A DNA stretch of 64,000 nucleotides from Verrucomicrobiota bacterium (GTDB lineage: Bacteria > Verrucomicrobiota > Verrucomicrobiia > Verrucomicrobiales > DEV007). Positions 1 to 11,100 of the stretch are shown piece after piece (the first letter of the stretch is position 1; each line of letters opens with the position of its first letter). The stretch spans positions 1 to 64,000 of the forward strand of contig JASFYY010000049.1 in NCBI GenBank assembly GCA_045046875.1, read 5' to 3'. A program made the position numbers and the translations under genes. The notes under the pieces were generated by a model. It had not been told where the DNA came from, ran no database searches, and saw only the letters and a list, made by a program, of their open reading frames with translations.

Positions 1-70
1 TATAGCCTTAAAAGATAGAGATTAGGCTTTCTTCTTGTAAGAGGCGGAAGGCGAGGCAAGGTTACCTATA

Positions 71-1894
71 GTGAAGTGGAGAAGAACCAGGCTGATTGCG
101 AGGAACGCGCTGCATGCCTTGATGTCATTTGTCAGGGACAATGATTTGGATCCCTTGCCGATTCGCAAGGACTTTGGAGATTATTCATTAGCAGGGTTTC
201 GAGCGGACGCACGCTCGGGGTTTAACGTGGCTTTGTTAACCTTTACGACAGGCATGGCTTATGCAGTGATTGCCGAGTTGCCTATTTATTATGGTATTGT
301 GACGGGTGCGGTGGCGGCAATTGTGGCGCCTTTGTTTTCGGGATCCCGGCATACGGTGTTAGGGCCGACCAACGCTACCGCGTTTATGCTGTTCAGTTAT
401 TTTGCGGTTTACCCACATCCTTACATGTTGGCTTTAATGCCGCTGTTGGTATTTATGGTGGGGGCGATGTTGGTGATTGGGGCTTATTTACGGGTAGCGG
501 ACTTGATTCAATTCATTAGCCGAAGTGTGGTGGTAGGTTATATCACGGCCGCGGCGGTGTTGATTATAGTGAATCAACTGAAGCACGTGATGGGGGTGGA
601 CTTACAGGTGGTGGCAGGTGAAGGAGGGGCGCGGACTTTTGTGAGTATTCTAAAAGCGACGGTGGAAGCTATTCCCCGATTGAATTGGGATGCCGTTATG
701 TTGGGTTTTTTGACTTTGCTTATCTGGTATGTTTTGACGCGGTTGTTTAAAACCCTGCCGGTTTTTGCGATCACTCTTTTGTTGGTAACGGTGCTTTCAA
801 TTTTATTGAAGCTGTATGCAGGATTCGACTTCAAGACTTTTGCTGCCTTTAGTATTTCTGATTTGAAACCATCGATCCCGAGGTTTTCGGATGCGGGAAT
901 GATCAGTGATGTGAGCCGTCTATTGGGGGTAGCGTTTTCGATAGCTTTTTTGGCGGCCCTGGAAAATTCGTTGATGTCAAAAACCCTGGCAAGCCGGGTT
1001 GGTGACCGGCCTGATATGAATCAGGATATGCTGAGTGTGGGTATTTCCAATCTGGCGTGTTCAATGACCGGCGGTATGCCTGCATCAGGTTCTTTGACTC
1101 GGTCTTCACTGAATTTCACCAGTGGTGCGGTGAGTCGTTTGTCGAGTATCATCAGTGGAGTATTGGTTGCGTTGGGAGCGATTGCATTAGGGCCTTTTAT
1201 GGTGCATGTGCCCAAAACAGCACTGGCGGTTCTGGTTATTTGTGTGGCGGGATCGTTGATCAACCGGCGTCATATTCGCGTGGCTTTGTTATCAACGCGG
1301 TCGGATGCGATTGTTTTGGTGGCGACTTTTGTTACGGCTTTGATAGCGCCGTTGAACGTGGCAATTTTCATAGGAGTGGGTATCTCCATTGTATTGTATT
1401 TGCGAAAAGCCAGTCGGCCTCACTTGACTGAATACGAGTTTATGGAGGATGGGCAACTGGCCGAGGCGGGCGGAAAAAAAGCTCGACCCAATCCTTCGAT
1501 CTCCATCGTGCATGTTGAAGGAGAGTTGTTTTTTGGGGCGGCGGAACTGTTTCGCTCACAGATTCAAAAAACCTGCATGGATCCAAATTTGCGGATTGTG
1601 ATATTACGCTTAAAAAACGCCAGGCATTTGGATGCCACCAGTGTGATGGCTTTGGAGGAACTGATCTTCTTTTTGCGATCCAGCGGGCGTGATTTGATTA
1701 TCAGTGGAGCGACTAAAGAGGTTTACCGTGTATTAAGGGGATCAGGGTTGGTAGAGGTGGTGGGTAGGGGTAATATTTTCATGAACTCGCCGCGCCGCCC
1801 AAACCTTTCTACTCGCAATGCTCTGCTGCGAGCGCAAGAGTTGCTCGGCACGACCGAAGCGGAAGTGAAGATATTCTTCGACCCTTCAAAATAG
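71..1894 (+). CDS. SulP family inorganic anion (sulfate) transporter with C-terminal STAS domain
   Basis: Many TM segments; SulP motifs GMAYAVIAELP, GSRHTVLGPT, PASGSLTRS; STAS-like tail (VEGELFFG, HLDATSVMALEE). True start may be the ATG at 122. Confidence 0.9.
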   Translation: MKWRRTRLIARNALHALMSFVRDNDLDPLPIRKDFGDYSLAGFRADARSGFNVALLTFTTGMAYAVIAELPIYYGIVTGAVAAIVAPLFSGSRHTVLGPTNATAFMLFSYFAVYPHPYMLALMPLLVFMVGAMLVIGAYLRVADLIQFISRSVVVGYITAAAVLIIVNQLKHVMGVDLQVVAGEGGARTFVSILKATVEAIPRLNWDAVMLGFLTLLIWYVLTRLFKTLPVFAITLLLVTVLSILLKLYAGFDFKTFAAFSISDLKPSIPRFSDAGMISDVSRLLGVAFSIAFLAALENSLMSKTLASRVGDRPDMNQDMLSVGISNLACSMTGGMPASGSLTRSSLNFTSGAVSRLSSIISGVLVALGAIALGPFMVHVPKTALAVLVICVAGSLINRRHIRVALLSTRSDAIVLVATFVTALIAPLNVAIFIGVGISIVLYLRKASRPHLTEYEFMEDGQLAEAGGKKARPNPSISIVHVEGELFFGAAELFRSQIQKTCMDPNLRIVILRLKNARHLDATSVMALEELIFFLRSSGRDLIISGATKEVYRVLRGSGLVEVVGRGNIFMNSPRRPNLSTRNALLRAQELLGTTEAEVKIFFDPSK

Positions 1895-1941
1895 AGGCAG
1901 CCGCCAGCTTTTTTACTGGGATAAGCGGCCTCAGCTCGTTC

Positions 1942-3021
1942 TTAATTCGCAGGTGTTGCAGGGGCTGGTTTTTTCTCAGCCTTTGCGGGAGAGGTATCAT
2001 CTTTTGCTTTTTCTACCGCTTCTTTCTTAGCCTCAGCAGGAGCTTTTTTATCAGCTTTAGGGGCTGGTGGGGTATCGGCCTTTTTAGCGGAGGGTTTGCT
2101 GGCAGGAGCAGTGCTTGTTTTAGCCGCGTCTTTAGCTGGCTTGGTAGCTGCTTTCTTCTGTGCAGGTTTAGCTGCGGCGTTCACTTTAGGTTTTTGTGGT
2201 GCCGGTTTAGCCGGTTTCGCAGCTGCTTTCGCCTTGGGTTCAGGTGCTTTTTTAGCGGCGGGCTTAGGCGTCGCTTTAGCAGCTGGTTTTGGTGTAATCT
2301 TAGGAGTTATTTTAGGGGTAACCGCTGGTTTGATAACCGGCTTTTTCGGTGCTTCTACCACAGCTAATTTTTCGACCTTCAGTAATTTGAGTTTTTCTTC
2401 AATGCGGTCGAAAAACTTGGTGCCGCGATAGGCGGGCATGATGGACTCGTATTTCTGGCGGGCTTCGTCGGTTTTGCCGGATGCCAACAGCAGGTCGCCT
2501 TGACGAATCATGGCAAAAGGCGCCAAATCGGATTTCGGATCCTCGGAGAGAACTTTTTCGTAATATTTGGCGGCGTTCTCATTGTCGCCAGCTACCTGGT
2601 AGAGGTTGCCCATGGCAAAGAGCCCCTGGGTGTGGCGCGGGTGGCTTGTGAATTTTTCAACAAAAGAGAGCAGGGCAATTCGTGCGTCCTCGGATTTTCC
2701 AGAAGTCAGTTGCAGTTCGGCTTTGGTCAGCAAAGCATTGCCAGCCGCGATAGAGTTTGGGAAATCAGCGATCACCTTGTCCAGTTCCTCTACTTTACGT
2801 GAACCGGCGGCTTGTGAGTAAGCTTCGGCACCATCGAGGTGCTTTTGGCTGGTGACTCCGCGGAAAACAATCACCACACTGAGAACTATAGCAGCCCCTA
2901 TAATAGCAACCAATACGGTTACTTTGTGTGTTTCGAGTTTGGAAATGACATCAGATATTTCCTCTGTGGTTTCTGCCACGGGTACTGGTGTGGATTCGGG
3001 ATGTTCTTTTTTTTCCGTCAT
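1942..3021 (-). CDS. Membrane-anchored tetratricopeptide-repeat protein (YfgM-like) with a Lys/Ala/Pro-rich low-complexity tail
   Basis: Single N-terminal TM (VLVAIIGAAIVLSVVIVF), TPR-like helices (ALLTKAEL, GLFAMGNLY, AMIRQGDLL), then about 140 aa of PAAK/PAK repeats. Confidence 0.75.
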   Translation of the reverse strand: MTEKKEHPESTPVPVAETTEEISDVISKLETHKVTVLVAIIGAAIVLSVVIVFRGVTSQKHLDGAEAYSQAAGSRKVEELDKVIADFPNSIAAGNALLTKAELQLTSGKSEDARIALLSFVEKFTSHPRHTQGLFAMGNLYQVAGDNENAAKYYEKVLSEDPKSDLAPFAMIRQGDLLLASGKTDEARQKYESIMPAYRGTKFFDRIEEKLKLLKVEKLAVVEAPKKPVIKPAVTPKITPKITPKPAAKATPKPAAKKAPEPKAKAAAKPAKPAPQKPKVNAAAKPAQKKAATKPAKDAAKTSTAPASKPSAKKADTPPAPKADKKAPAEAKKEAVEKAKDDTSPAKAEKKPAPATPAN

Positions 3022-3158
3022 GGGTTCCTTAGATACACCAATAAATACAAAAATCGAATGAGAATATCATTCCAGTGTAATTCATCGGTGAGGCTGAAAA
3101 TCAAACAGGGTACCTCGCGTTTGGCGAGATACCCTGTAAAAAATGTTCTGATACGCGA

Positions 3159-4145
3159 TTAAGCTCCAACTGCAGCACGAGCTTCGTCGGCGAGCGGGGT
3201 GCTCAAGTAGCGTTCACCAGTGGAACAAGCTACGGTTACGATCAGTTTGCCTTTGTTTTCAGGGCGTTTGGCGAGCTCAATTGCGGCGCAAACATTGGCT
3301 CCGGAGCTGATGCCTACCAGCAGACCTTCTTCTTTGGCCAGTCGGCGCGCCATGGTGAAGGCGTCATCGTTGGATACTTTCAAACATTCAGAAATCAGCG
3401 AATCGCCGTCAGCAGTGTTGAGATGCAGGTTTTCTGGGATGAAACCTGCTCCGGTGCCCTGGATTTTATGTGGTCCGGGGGTCAGCTCCTCGCCGCTCAA
3501 AGTCTGCGAAATAACTGGAGAATCCTGGGGTTCGACCACGACGACCTGGAGGCTTTCTTTGCGAGGCTTCAAGGCTTCGGCGCAACCGGTAGCGGTTCCT
3601 CCTGTGCCTACGGCAGATACAATGATGTCAACGGCACCATCGGTGTCGTTCCAGATTTCTTCGGCGGTGGTACTGCTGTGAATAGCTGGGTTGGCCGGAT
3701 TGGTGAACTGGGAAGGGATCCACGAGTTCGGAGTGGAAGCGGCGATTTCCTCGGCTTTTTCGATACAGCCTTTCATTCCTTTGGGTCCGGGAGTCAGCAC
3801 CAATTCTGCGCCGAGCAAGGACAACAGGGTGCGGCGCTCAAGACTCATGGTCTCGGGCATGGTGAGGATCAGTTTGTAACCACGGGCAGCGCAGACAAAA
3901 GCGAGGGCGATACCGGTATTGCCGCTGGTGGGCTCGACGATGACGGTGTCTTTGGTGACCAGGCCTTGTTCTTCGCCAGCGTTGATCATGGCCATGCCGA
4001 TCCGGTCTTTCACTGAACCAAGCGGATTAAAGTATTCACATTTGACGGCGATGGTGGCTTCGAGGCCTTCGCTGACATGATTGAGTTTGACCAAAGGGGT
4101 GTCGCCGACGGTTTCGACGATGTTGTTGTAAATTTTTCCGCGCAT
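3159..4145 (-). CDS. cysK: Cysteine synthase A (O-acetylserine sulfhydrylase)
   Basis: PLP-lysine motif [34 protein letters not shown]. Confidence 0.95.
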   Translation of the reverse strand: MRGKIYNNIVETVGDTPLVKLNHVSEGLEATIAVKCEYFNPLGSVKDRIGMAMINAGEEQGLVTKDTVIVEPTSGNTGIALAFVCAARGYKLILTMPETMSLERRTLLSLLGAELVLTPGPKGMKGCIEKAEEIAASTPNSWIPSQFTNPANPAIHSSTTAEEIWNDTDGAVDIIVSAVGTGGTATGCAEALKPRKESLQVVVVEPQDSPVISQTLSGEELTPGPHKIQGTGAGFIPENLHLNTADGDSLISECLKVSNDDAFTMARRLAKEEGLLVGISSGANVCAAIELAKRPENKGKLIVTVACSTGERYLSTPLADEARAAVGA

Positions 4146-4400
4146 AGCTATTTGATTGGTTCCGGGATAATAATCAGACTTGTTGTTTTTATTGAGGGGA
4201 GTCAGGGTTGGCGCTTCAATTTCAGCGCGCCCTAACGACTTTTAGGAAATTAGCTTTTATAGGTTGATCGAGGGCAGTGCAAGGTGAATTTTCAGGAAAT
4301 TGTCACCATAGGATAAGATGGGGCTTGCGCTTGTCATGACCTGTGCGTAAAGGAAGGCAGTTTTTAAACTGAAGAATTTAGAAAAAATAAAGGAGTTACG

Positions 4401-4685
4401 ATGTCAGAATTGATTAGTGAAGAAGAGATCGATGCTTGGATGAAAAGGGTGCCTGAATGGGAAGCCCATCCAGGCAATATCAGCCGGGTGGCTGAATATG
4501 ACGAGTTCATGGATGCGATTGATTTTGTGAATGGAGTGGCTGAAATCGCCGAAGAGGCGCAGCACTACCCCGAAATCAACGTGGTGGGCAGCGTCGTGAC
4601 TTTGCGTCTGTCGACGGATGATCAAGGCGGGGTGACTTCGCTCGATTTTGAACTTGCCGGGCGGATTGATAACCTGCTCGACTGA
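4401..4685 (+). CDS. Pterin-4-alpha-carbinolamine dehydratase (PCD/PhhB)-like protein with degenerate catalytic motif
   Basis: 94 aa with the family pattern FMDAIDFVNGVAEIAEEAQHYPEI...LSTDDQGGVTSLDFELA; strong RBS aaggag upstream. Confidence 0.85.
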   Translation: MSELISEEEIDAWMKRVPEWEAHPGNISRVAEYDEFMDAIDFVNGVAEIAEEAQHYPEINVVGSVVTLRLSTDDQGGVTSLDFELAGRIDNLLD

Positions 4686-4698
4686 GTTAGCTCTTGAT

Positions 4699-5961
4699 TT
4701 AGAGCGATTCGGGTTGTTGCAGTAATTCGGAGATTCTCCCTAACAAACGTCCGGCGGCTCCTCCATCGAGGATTCGGTGGTCGAAACTGAGCGTCATGAC
4801 CGCCTCTGTGGCTGGCAGAAATTTTTCCTGCTGCTCATCCCATACCGGCCATTTGATACCGCGTCCAAGACCGAGTACTAGATTTTGCTCGGGCAGCGGA
4901 ATCGGGGTGGCCCAGACAATGCCGAATACACCAAAATTGGTGACGGTGGCGATACCGGGTCCCCGTTTGTTATTGTCAGCGGGTAAGCGTCTTTGACGAG
5001 CTTGTTCGACCAAGGCACTGTATTCGCCAATAAGTTCGTTGATGGGTTTTTTGTCCACATCACGAATGACAGGAACCAAAACCCCGTCGTCCACTTCCAC
5101 TGCAAAACCGATGTCGATGGCATCAGGGTGAATGATTTGTTTACCGACCAGACGTCCGGCAACGGCGGTGTTTTCTGCGAGGGCAATAGCGAGGGCACGG
5201 ATAATATAAAGAGTGGGGCCGGGTTTTGGTTGTACCGTTTTCCGGTGTTCGAGCAGGGTGTCCAGACGCACGGGTGAACCAACGGTTGCCAGGGGGCGGG
5301 TCCAGGAGCGGCGCATGGAGTCGGCTACGGCGATGCGCATCGGTGAGGCATCGGTGCGGTGTTTTGCATCGAGATCGGAAATGAAGCGTTCAAAGTCGTC
5401 AATGGTCACTCGTCCGGCGGCACCGCTGCCGGCGATGCCGGAGAGGTCGGCGGCGTGTAGGCCGAGCTCCTCCATGCGTGCTTTCATGCGAGGGGAGAGG
5501 TAAGTGGCTCCGGTGGCGGTGGCGGGAACCGGCAGGCCTTCGATCGTCGGCTGCACGGTGAGTGGGCGCTCGGGTTCGGTGACTGCTGGATTTTCGTCAG
5601 CGGTTGAAGCGGGCTGGTTTGGGGAGCGGTCGGAGACGGGCGGGGTTTGCCGAGTGGTGGCAGGGCTTTCGTTTTGCTCCTTCGAGTCGTCGAGCAGGCC
5701 GAGTTGTTTGGCGTTTTCTTCGGAAATCTCTAACCAACCCAAGGTGGCTCCCACTAGATAACTTTCATCAATGAGCACTTCGATCTTGTTGATCTTTCCT
5801 TCCACTGGTGTGGTGACGCCCATGATGGCTTTGTTGGTTTCTACTTGAAAAACCTCCTGATCAGCGGTCACTTCCTGACCGATTTTGATGTCGATTTCGA
5901 CAATCACCGCCTCGGCGATCGATTCACCGAGTTGGGGCATTTGAATGGGAATAAGAGCCAT
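4699..5961 (-). CDS. 2-oxoacid dehydrogenase E2 (dihydrolipoamide acyltransferase)
   Basis: Lipoyl domain MPQLGES...ETNKA, peripheral subunit-binding motif GSGAAGRVT, catalytic SFDHRILDG. Confidence 0.92.
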   Translation of the reverse strand: MALIPIQMPQLGESIAEAVIVEIDIKIGQEVTADQEVFQVETNKAIMGVTTPVEGKINKIEVLIDESYLVGATLGWLEISEENAKQLGLLDDSKEQNESPATTRQTPPVSDRSPNQPASTADENPAVTEPERPLTVQPTIEGLPVPATATGATYLSPRMKARMEELGLHAADLSGIAGSGAAGRVTIDDFERFISDLDAKHRTDASPMRIAVADSMRRSWTRPLATVGSPVRLDTLLEHRKTVQPKPGPTLYIIRALAIALAENTAVAGRLVGKQIIHPDAIDIGFAVEVDDGVLVPVIRDVDKKPINELIGEYSALVEQARQRRLPADNNKRGPGIATVTNFGVFGIVWATPIPLPEQNLVLGLGRGIKWPVWDEQQEKFLPATEAVMTLSFDHRILDGGAAGRLLGRISELLQQPESL

Positions 5962-6009
5962 GGGAATGAAGGTGCTAAGGGTGCTTGTGCTTGTGCTTAT
6001 TCTATTTAT

Positions 6010-6975
6010 TTAATAACGCAATAAATCACGTAAAGAAGCGGCGATGGATTGAGAAGCCGGGCGGTGGGTTTTCCACAAATCGGGATGGAAGGGGATGGGA
6101 GTGTCTTTTGCGTTCAAGCGTTTGGGAGGGGCGTCGAGCAGATGGAATCCTTCGCTGGTGACTCGTGAAATCACTTCAGCGTTCACTCCTCCCCAAGGGA
6201 AAGCTTCACTGACACACAACAGACGTCCGGTTCGGGCGACCGAAGCGAGAATGGTATCGGTGTCGATGGGTTTGACCGAGCGCAGATCCACAATCTCGAT
6301 ATCCCAGCCTTCTTCCGCGAGTTCATCGGCGGCGCGCAGGGCTTCGTGAACCATGGCGCTGTAGGTGACGACGGTGGCGTGTTTGCCGGCTCGCGCGATG
6401 CGCGCTTTGCCGACTGGCAGATTTTGACCTGGCAACTGGTCGGCCTTCAGATGGTAGTAGAGGTATTTGTGCTCACAAAATACCACCGGGTCGTCGATGG
6501 CGATGGCTTCGAGCAGCATCGAATAAGCGTCCTCCACCGTGGCCGGCGTCAGCACGATCAATCCGGGATATTGGGCATAGATGGCCTCCATGCTTTGGGA
6601 GTGAAAAGGTCCACCGCCTTCGGTGCCGCCGGAAGGCAGGCGCACGGTGATCGGGCAGGGGATGCCGGTGCGCCAGAACTGGGTGGCGGCTTGATTACAA
6701 ATCTGGTTGATGGCGATAGTCGAGAAATCAGCGAACTGCATTTCCAGTACCGGCCGCATGCCTTCGGCGGTGGCGCCGACGGCACTGCCGACCATGGCGT
6801 CCTCACTGATGGGGGCGTCGATGACGCGCCCTGGGTATTTAGCTGCCAGGTTTTTGGTGGCCTTGAAAGCCCCTCCAAAAGAGCCGACATCCTGGCCATA
6901 AATATAGACGGATTCGTCTTCACCGAGAGCCCGGTCCTGGGCTGCCTGAATGGCTTCGAGGTAAGTGATGCTCAT
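6010..6975 (-). CDS. 2-oxoacid dehydrogenase E1 beta subunit
   Basis: GQDVGSFGGAF, DAPISE, EMQFADF, GGPFHSQ, DLRSVKP. Start moved to MSITYLEA (ATG 6975), which overlaps the E1 alpha stop. Confidence 0.93.
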   Translation of the reverse strand: MSITYLEAIQAAQDRALGEDESVYIYGQDVGSFGGAFKATKNLAAKYPGRVIDAPISEDAMVGSAVGATAEGMRPVLEMQFADFSTIAINQICNQAATQFWRTGIPCPITVRLPSGGTEGGGPFHSQSMEAIYAQYPGLIVLTPATVEDAYSMLLEAIAIDDPVVFCEHKYLYYHLKADQLPGQNLPVGKARIARAGKHATVVTYSAMVHEALRAADELAEEGWDIEIVDLRSVKPIDTDTILASVARTGRLLCVSEAFPWGGVNAEVISRVTSEGFHLLDAPPKRLNAKDTPIPFHPDLWKTHRPASQSIAASLRDLLRY

Positions 6976-8021
6976 TGCCCGGGGCTCCCTTCTATTAATC
7001 CTTCGGCCAAGCGGGTTGTGGCGAGTGCTTGCCAGGTTTCTTGAAAGGGATCCGGTCCCGATTCCCGCTGGGCACAGAGAGTGGCTTCTTCGACTTGCTG
7101 TTGGATCTCGGTGGTCCACTGTTCGATTTCATCGGGTGTGGACCAGCCTGAATCGATCAGATGTTGGCGTGCCACTTCGATGCAGTCGCGTCCAAAAGGG
7201 GCTTGTTTTTTTTCTTCGGAAATGTAGGCGGCGTCATCGTGTTCACCGTGCCCGCATAATCGCAGTAAGTGGCCGACGACCAGTTGGGGGCCATGGCCAG
7301 CCCGTGCTCTGGCGGTGGCTTTGGCGAAGGTCTCCAGGCAAAGGCTGAGATCCGTGCCGTCCACACTGTGGCCTTCGATGCCATAACCGACTGCTCGATC
7401 AACCAGATCGGCGCAGGCGAATTGACGTTCGCTGGGAGTGGAATAGGCAAATTGATTATCTGCCACGGCGATCACCAGCGGAAGTTTTTCGATGGCCGCT
7501 TGATTGAGCGCTTCGTGAAAAGCTCCGGTGGAGGTGGCTCCGTCCCCGAGGCAGACTCCGCCGACGACATCTTTTTGGCCGCGGAAGCGTTTGCCGATCA
7601 AGCGACCGCTGACGACCGAAATGTGACTGCCCAGATGACTGATCATCGGGATCATGCCTTTGAGGATGTCACCGCGGTGGACGTTGCCGTCGCGGGCACG
7701 CATCGGACCTTCGACCGAGCCCAGATAGGTCCTGGCGGCATCGATGAGAGCTTCGCCAAAAGCCAGGCGGCCGGCCTGATCGCGAATCAATGGGCCGTAA
7801 ACATCACCCCTACTTTGATCCAAAGCCAATGCAAGCCCGACGCTGAAAGCTTCCTGCCCTTTGCCCATGAAAACTCCACCGACGATTTTTCCTGCCCGGT
7901 AGAGGCTGGCAGTGCGTTCCTCAAAAATCCGAGCCAGCAGCATGTAACGAAAAGCCGCTTGATAGTGGCTTTCGGATTCGCAAAGTGGTTCTTTACCTTC
8001 TTTAATGTTGGCCTCTGCCAT
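6972..8021 (-). CDS. 2-oxoacid dehydrogenase E1 alpha subunit (TPP-dependent)
   Basis: GKGQEA, TPP motif GDGATSTGAFHEALN...DNQFAYS, RLCGHGEHD. Start moved to MAEANIK (ATG 8021). Confidence 0.93.
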   Translation of the reverse strand: MAEANIKEGKEPLCESESHYQAAFRYMLLARIFEERTASLYRAGKIVGGVFMGKGQEAFSVGLALALDQSRGDVYGPLIRDQAGRLAFGEALIDAARTYLGSVEGPMRARDGNVHRGDILKGMIPMISHLGSHISVVSGRLIGKRFRGQKDVVGGVCLGDGATSTGAFHEALNQAAIEKLPLVIAVADNQFAYSTPSERQFACADLVDRAVGYGIEGHSVDGTDLSLCLETFAKATARARAGHGPQLVVGHLLRLCGHGEHDDAAYISEEKKQAPFGRDCIEVARQHLIDSGWSTPDEIEQWTTEIQQQVEEATLCAQRESGPDPFQETWQALATTRLAEGLIEGSPGQ

Positions 8022-8118
8022 GCTGCTTGTTTTGACCTGCGAACTTAAACGTGGGCAGCCTGTTGAATCAACGGAATTTTCAGCAAAGCGGTTCCTTTTT
8101 TTTGTCGCTATTTGCTGT

Positions 8119-11100
8119 TCACACAGTGGCTTCTTCTTTTGTGCGATCCTTTTGCTCCTTCTCTTTGGAAGATTTGAATTGCATGCCCAGCGTTTTGGAT
8201 ACGCCGAACTCTTCCATCGAGACGCCATACATCACATCGGCGCGGCTCATGGTGCGTTTGCTGTGGGTGACGATGATGAACTGGCTGCTGCCGATGAAAC
8301 GGTCGAGCACTTTGAGGAAACGGCTGATGTTCGATTCATCCAGTGGAGCGTCCAGCTCGTCAAGCACACAGAAAGGCGAAGGTTTGACCATGTAGATGGC
8401 GAATAACAAAGCCACCGCAGTCATCGAGCGTTCTCCCCCGGACAACAGGGAGATGGTCTGGAGTTTTTTGCCCGGCGGTTTGGCGATGATGTCGATGCCA
8501 CTTTCCAGCGGGTCGCCTTCATCGGCGAGGATCAGGTCGGCCTTGGCGGTTTTGCCAAAAAGCTCGATGAACATTTCGCCGAAGTTTTTGCGGATTTGCT
8601 CGAAGGTATCGGCAAACATCTTTTTGGTGTCGCGGTTGATCTTGGCGATCACCGTCAGCAGTTCTTCCTTGGCGTTGATCAGGTCGTCGTGTTGTTCCTG
8701 GAGGAAATTGTGGCGTTCCTGTAATTCGTCAAATTCATCAATGGCGTCCAGGTTGACCGGGCCGATGGATTCGAGTTTTCCGCGCAGGAAGATCACTACT
8801 TCTTCGACAAAATCCCAGTCGGGCTCGGAAGCATCAGGCACTTCTACGGAGTCGGTGTCGATATCCGCATCAATATCGACGTCGATTTCGACCTCAGTGT
8901 CAGCGATGACTTCGTTTTCGTCGTTATTTTCCCCGTCGGTTTCGCCCGCAGCAGCGGTGCTGCGTTTGGCGTTGCGGTTCATCGCTTTGCGTTGGTCTTC
9001 GATCGCATTGAGCAGCGCATGGCTGTCGGGTTCAAAATGTTCGATTTCGATTTGGTAACGCTCACGAGTGGTCTGTTCCAGATTTTCGATGCGCAGATCG
9101 ATCTGGGTCGAGGAGATTTCTTCCTTGCTGCGCTGCTCGTTCATCTGATGCGCTTGTTTGCGCTTTTCAGTGAGGGTTTCTTCGTTTTTATCAATGGCCG
9201 CGCGTTTCTCAGAACGGTCGTTGCGGATGGTTTCGAGCGAGACAGTCAGGCGTTGAGCCTCTTCGGTGGCATTTTTGATTTTGTCTTGCAGGCCGTCATT
9301 GTCACTGGTGGCGGTTTTGATGCGATTGCTGTATCCGCTGATTTCGTTTTTGCGTCGGTCGAGCAATTCGCGCAGCTCGTTCAAGCGGCTGGTCATCGGT
9401 GAGCGTTGATTCTCCACCGCTTCGCGTGCCCGTTTTTCAACAGCAAGTCCGGTGCGGACTTCGTTGAGCGATTCTGCGGCATCCGTTTCGCGGGTCTCGG
9501 CTAGTTGCAGGCGGTTTTTCAGGTCGTCGAGTTCAGTTGCGAAGTTAGCGAGTTTTTCCGCAGTGTCTTCTTTTTCCTTGGTGGAATTCTGCAGTTCCTC
9601 GTCGATTTCATCCTGGCGCTGAGCGACTTCGGTTTGCTCCCATTTCAGTGCCTGTAATTTGTTCTCTACCTGCTGCTGCTCCCGCTGCATCATGGTCAGT
9701 TGTCCTTCGAGGGTGGAAAACTGAACCTGTTTTTGTTGCAGTTTTTCCCGTGCGCTTTGCACGCTGATTTCGAGGTTGGAGACGTTTTGGGTCAGGGTGG
9801 AAACTTGTGCTTCAGCATTGGTCAGTTCTTTTTCCAATTGCTTGGTGACGGTGCTGAGCTCACGGATATCCGTTTCCCTTCGCAGCAGCGAGCTGCCTTC
9901 TTCCGAGCCGGAACCACCGGTGATGATGCCTTCGCAAGTGATGAATTCCCCTGTTAAGGTAGCAAAAGAGGTGTTTTCGCCCATTTCATCCCGCAGGCGC
10001 AGGGCGGTCGCCAGGTCGGGCACGATCAGCACGTCGCTAAGCAGTCGATCCACCAGTCCGCTGATTTTGCCGTCGCATTTGATCCGGTCGAGAGCCCAGG
10101 CGGTGGCGCCGTCGGGCAGTGAAAGGATCTGGCGGTCGTCGGCTGACGATGATGCGTTTTCCGCGACCAGTGAGGCTTGCCCCAGTTGGCCTTTTTTGAG
10201 CGACTCGATCATGCTCTCGGCGACCAGGGTGTCGGCGACGATGATGGTCTGCAGATGATTGCCCAGTGCGGCTTCGAGAGCCGGGATGTATTCGGAGTCG
10301 ACTTCGAAAAATGAAGCCAGCGCTCCGCGCACTGATGATTGGAAAAGCTCGGGTTGATCCAGACCTTTGAGCACCGCCTGGGTGCCTTTGGCGAGACCTT
10401 CTCCTTCGGCGACCAGTTGGCGCAGCACTTCCAGTCGGGATACTTTTTCCGAATGAACACGGTGCAGGTCGGCCAGTTGTTGGCGCAGCTCTTCGAGTTC
10501 GCTGCGTGACTTCTGGTAGTCGCGGTCGGCGCTCTGGCGTTGCTGGTCGAGTTCCTCGATGGCGTTTTTGTGTTCGGTCACCCCGCTGGTGAGGGTTTCG
10601 ATTTCGGCGCTTTTGCTTTGCTCTTCTTTTTGCAGGCGTTGGATCTCTTCGTCCAACTGGATAAAACGTTGCTGATCGGCTGCCAGATGACGGGTATTGT
10701 TTTCGATCCGGGCTTCGAGGGAAGCCAGTTTGCTTTCCAGGGAATTGCGCGTGTCGCGGGTTTTGGAAAGCGTTTCGGAAAGGGTGTGTCGTTCGGTGCG
10801 GGCTTGATTGGCGGTCTGCTGGTATTCGGTTAATTGAAGCTCTTGTTTGGCGATTTTTTCATCGATCGCTTCGAGCATGCTGTTGGTATCCTCCAAGTCC
10901 AGCTCCTGCTGGCTTAGCTTGTCGGTGGTGTTTTCTATATCAGCGGTATTTTGTTCGATCAGGGTGCTGAGTTCCTTGGCTCGTTCGGCATTGAACTCGA
11001 TTCGGCTCTGTGCCGAATGCACGGCATTTTCCTGTTCGGCGACCGATCTCTGGGTTTCGCCGATTTTGGATTCGATGCTTTGGTATTCGTCGCGGGCTGA

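Noticed and set aside
1894..1932. GAGGC...GCCTC imperfect hairpin between convergent genes
   Set aside because: Possible bidirectional terminator, but pairing is irregular and there is no clear U-tract.
2096..2431. Hydrophobic Ala/Gly/Leu-rich ORF resembling a membrane protein
   Set aside because: Antisense shadow of the K/A/P-rich tail of the TPR gene.
6976..7119. N-terminal extension of E1 beta in the ORF track (likewise 8022-8228, 48490-48597, 53669-53860, 55648-55803)
   Set aside because: Longest-ORF artefacts that overlap neighbouring genes or promoters; family motifs or signal peptides begin at downstream ATGs.
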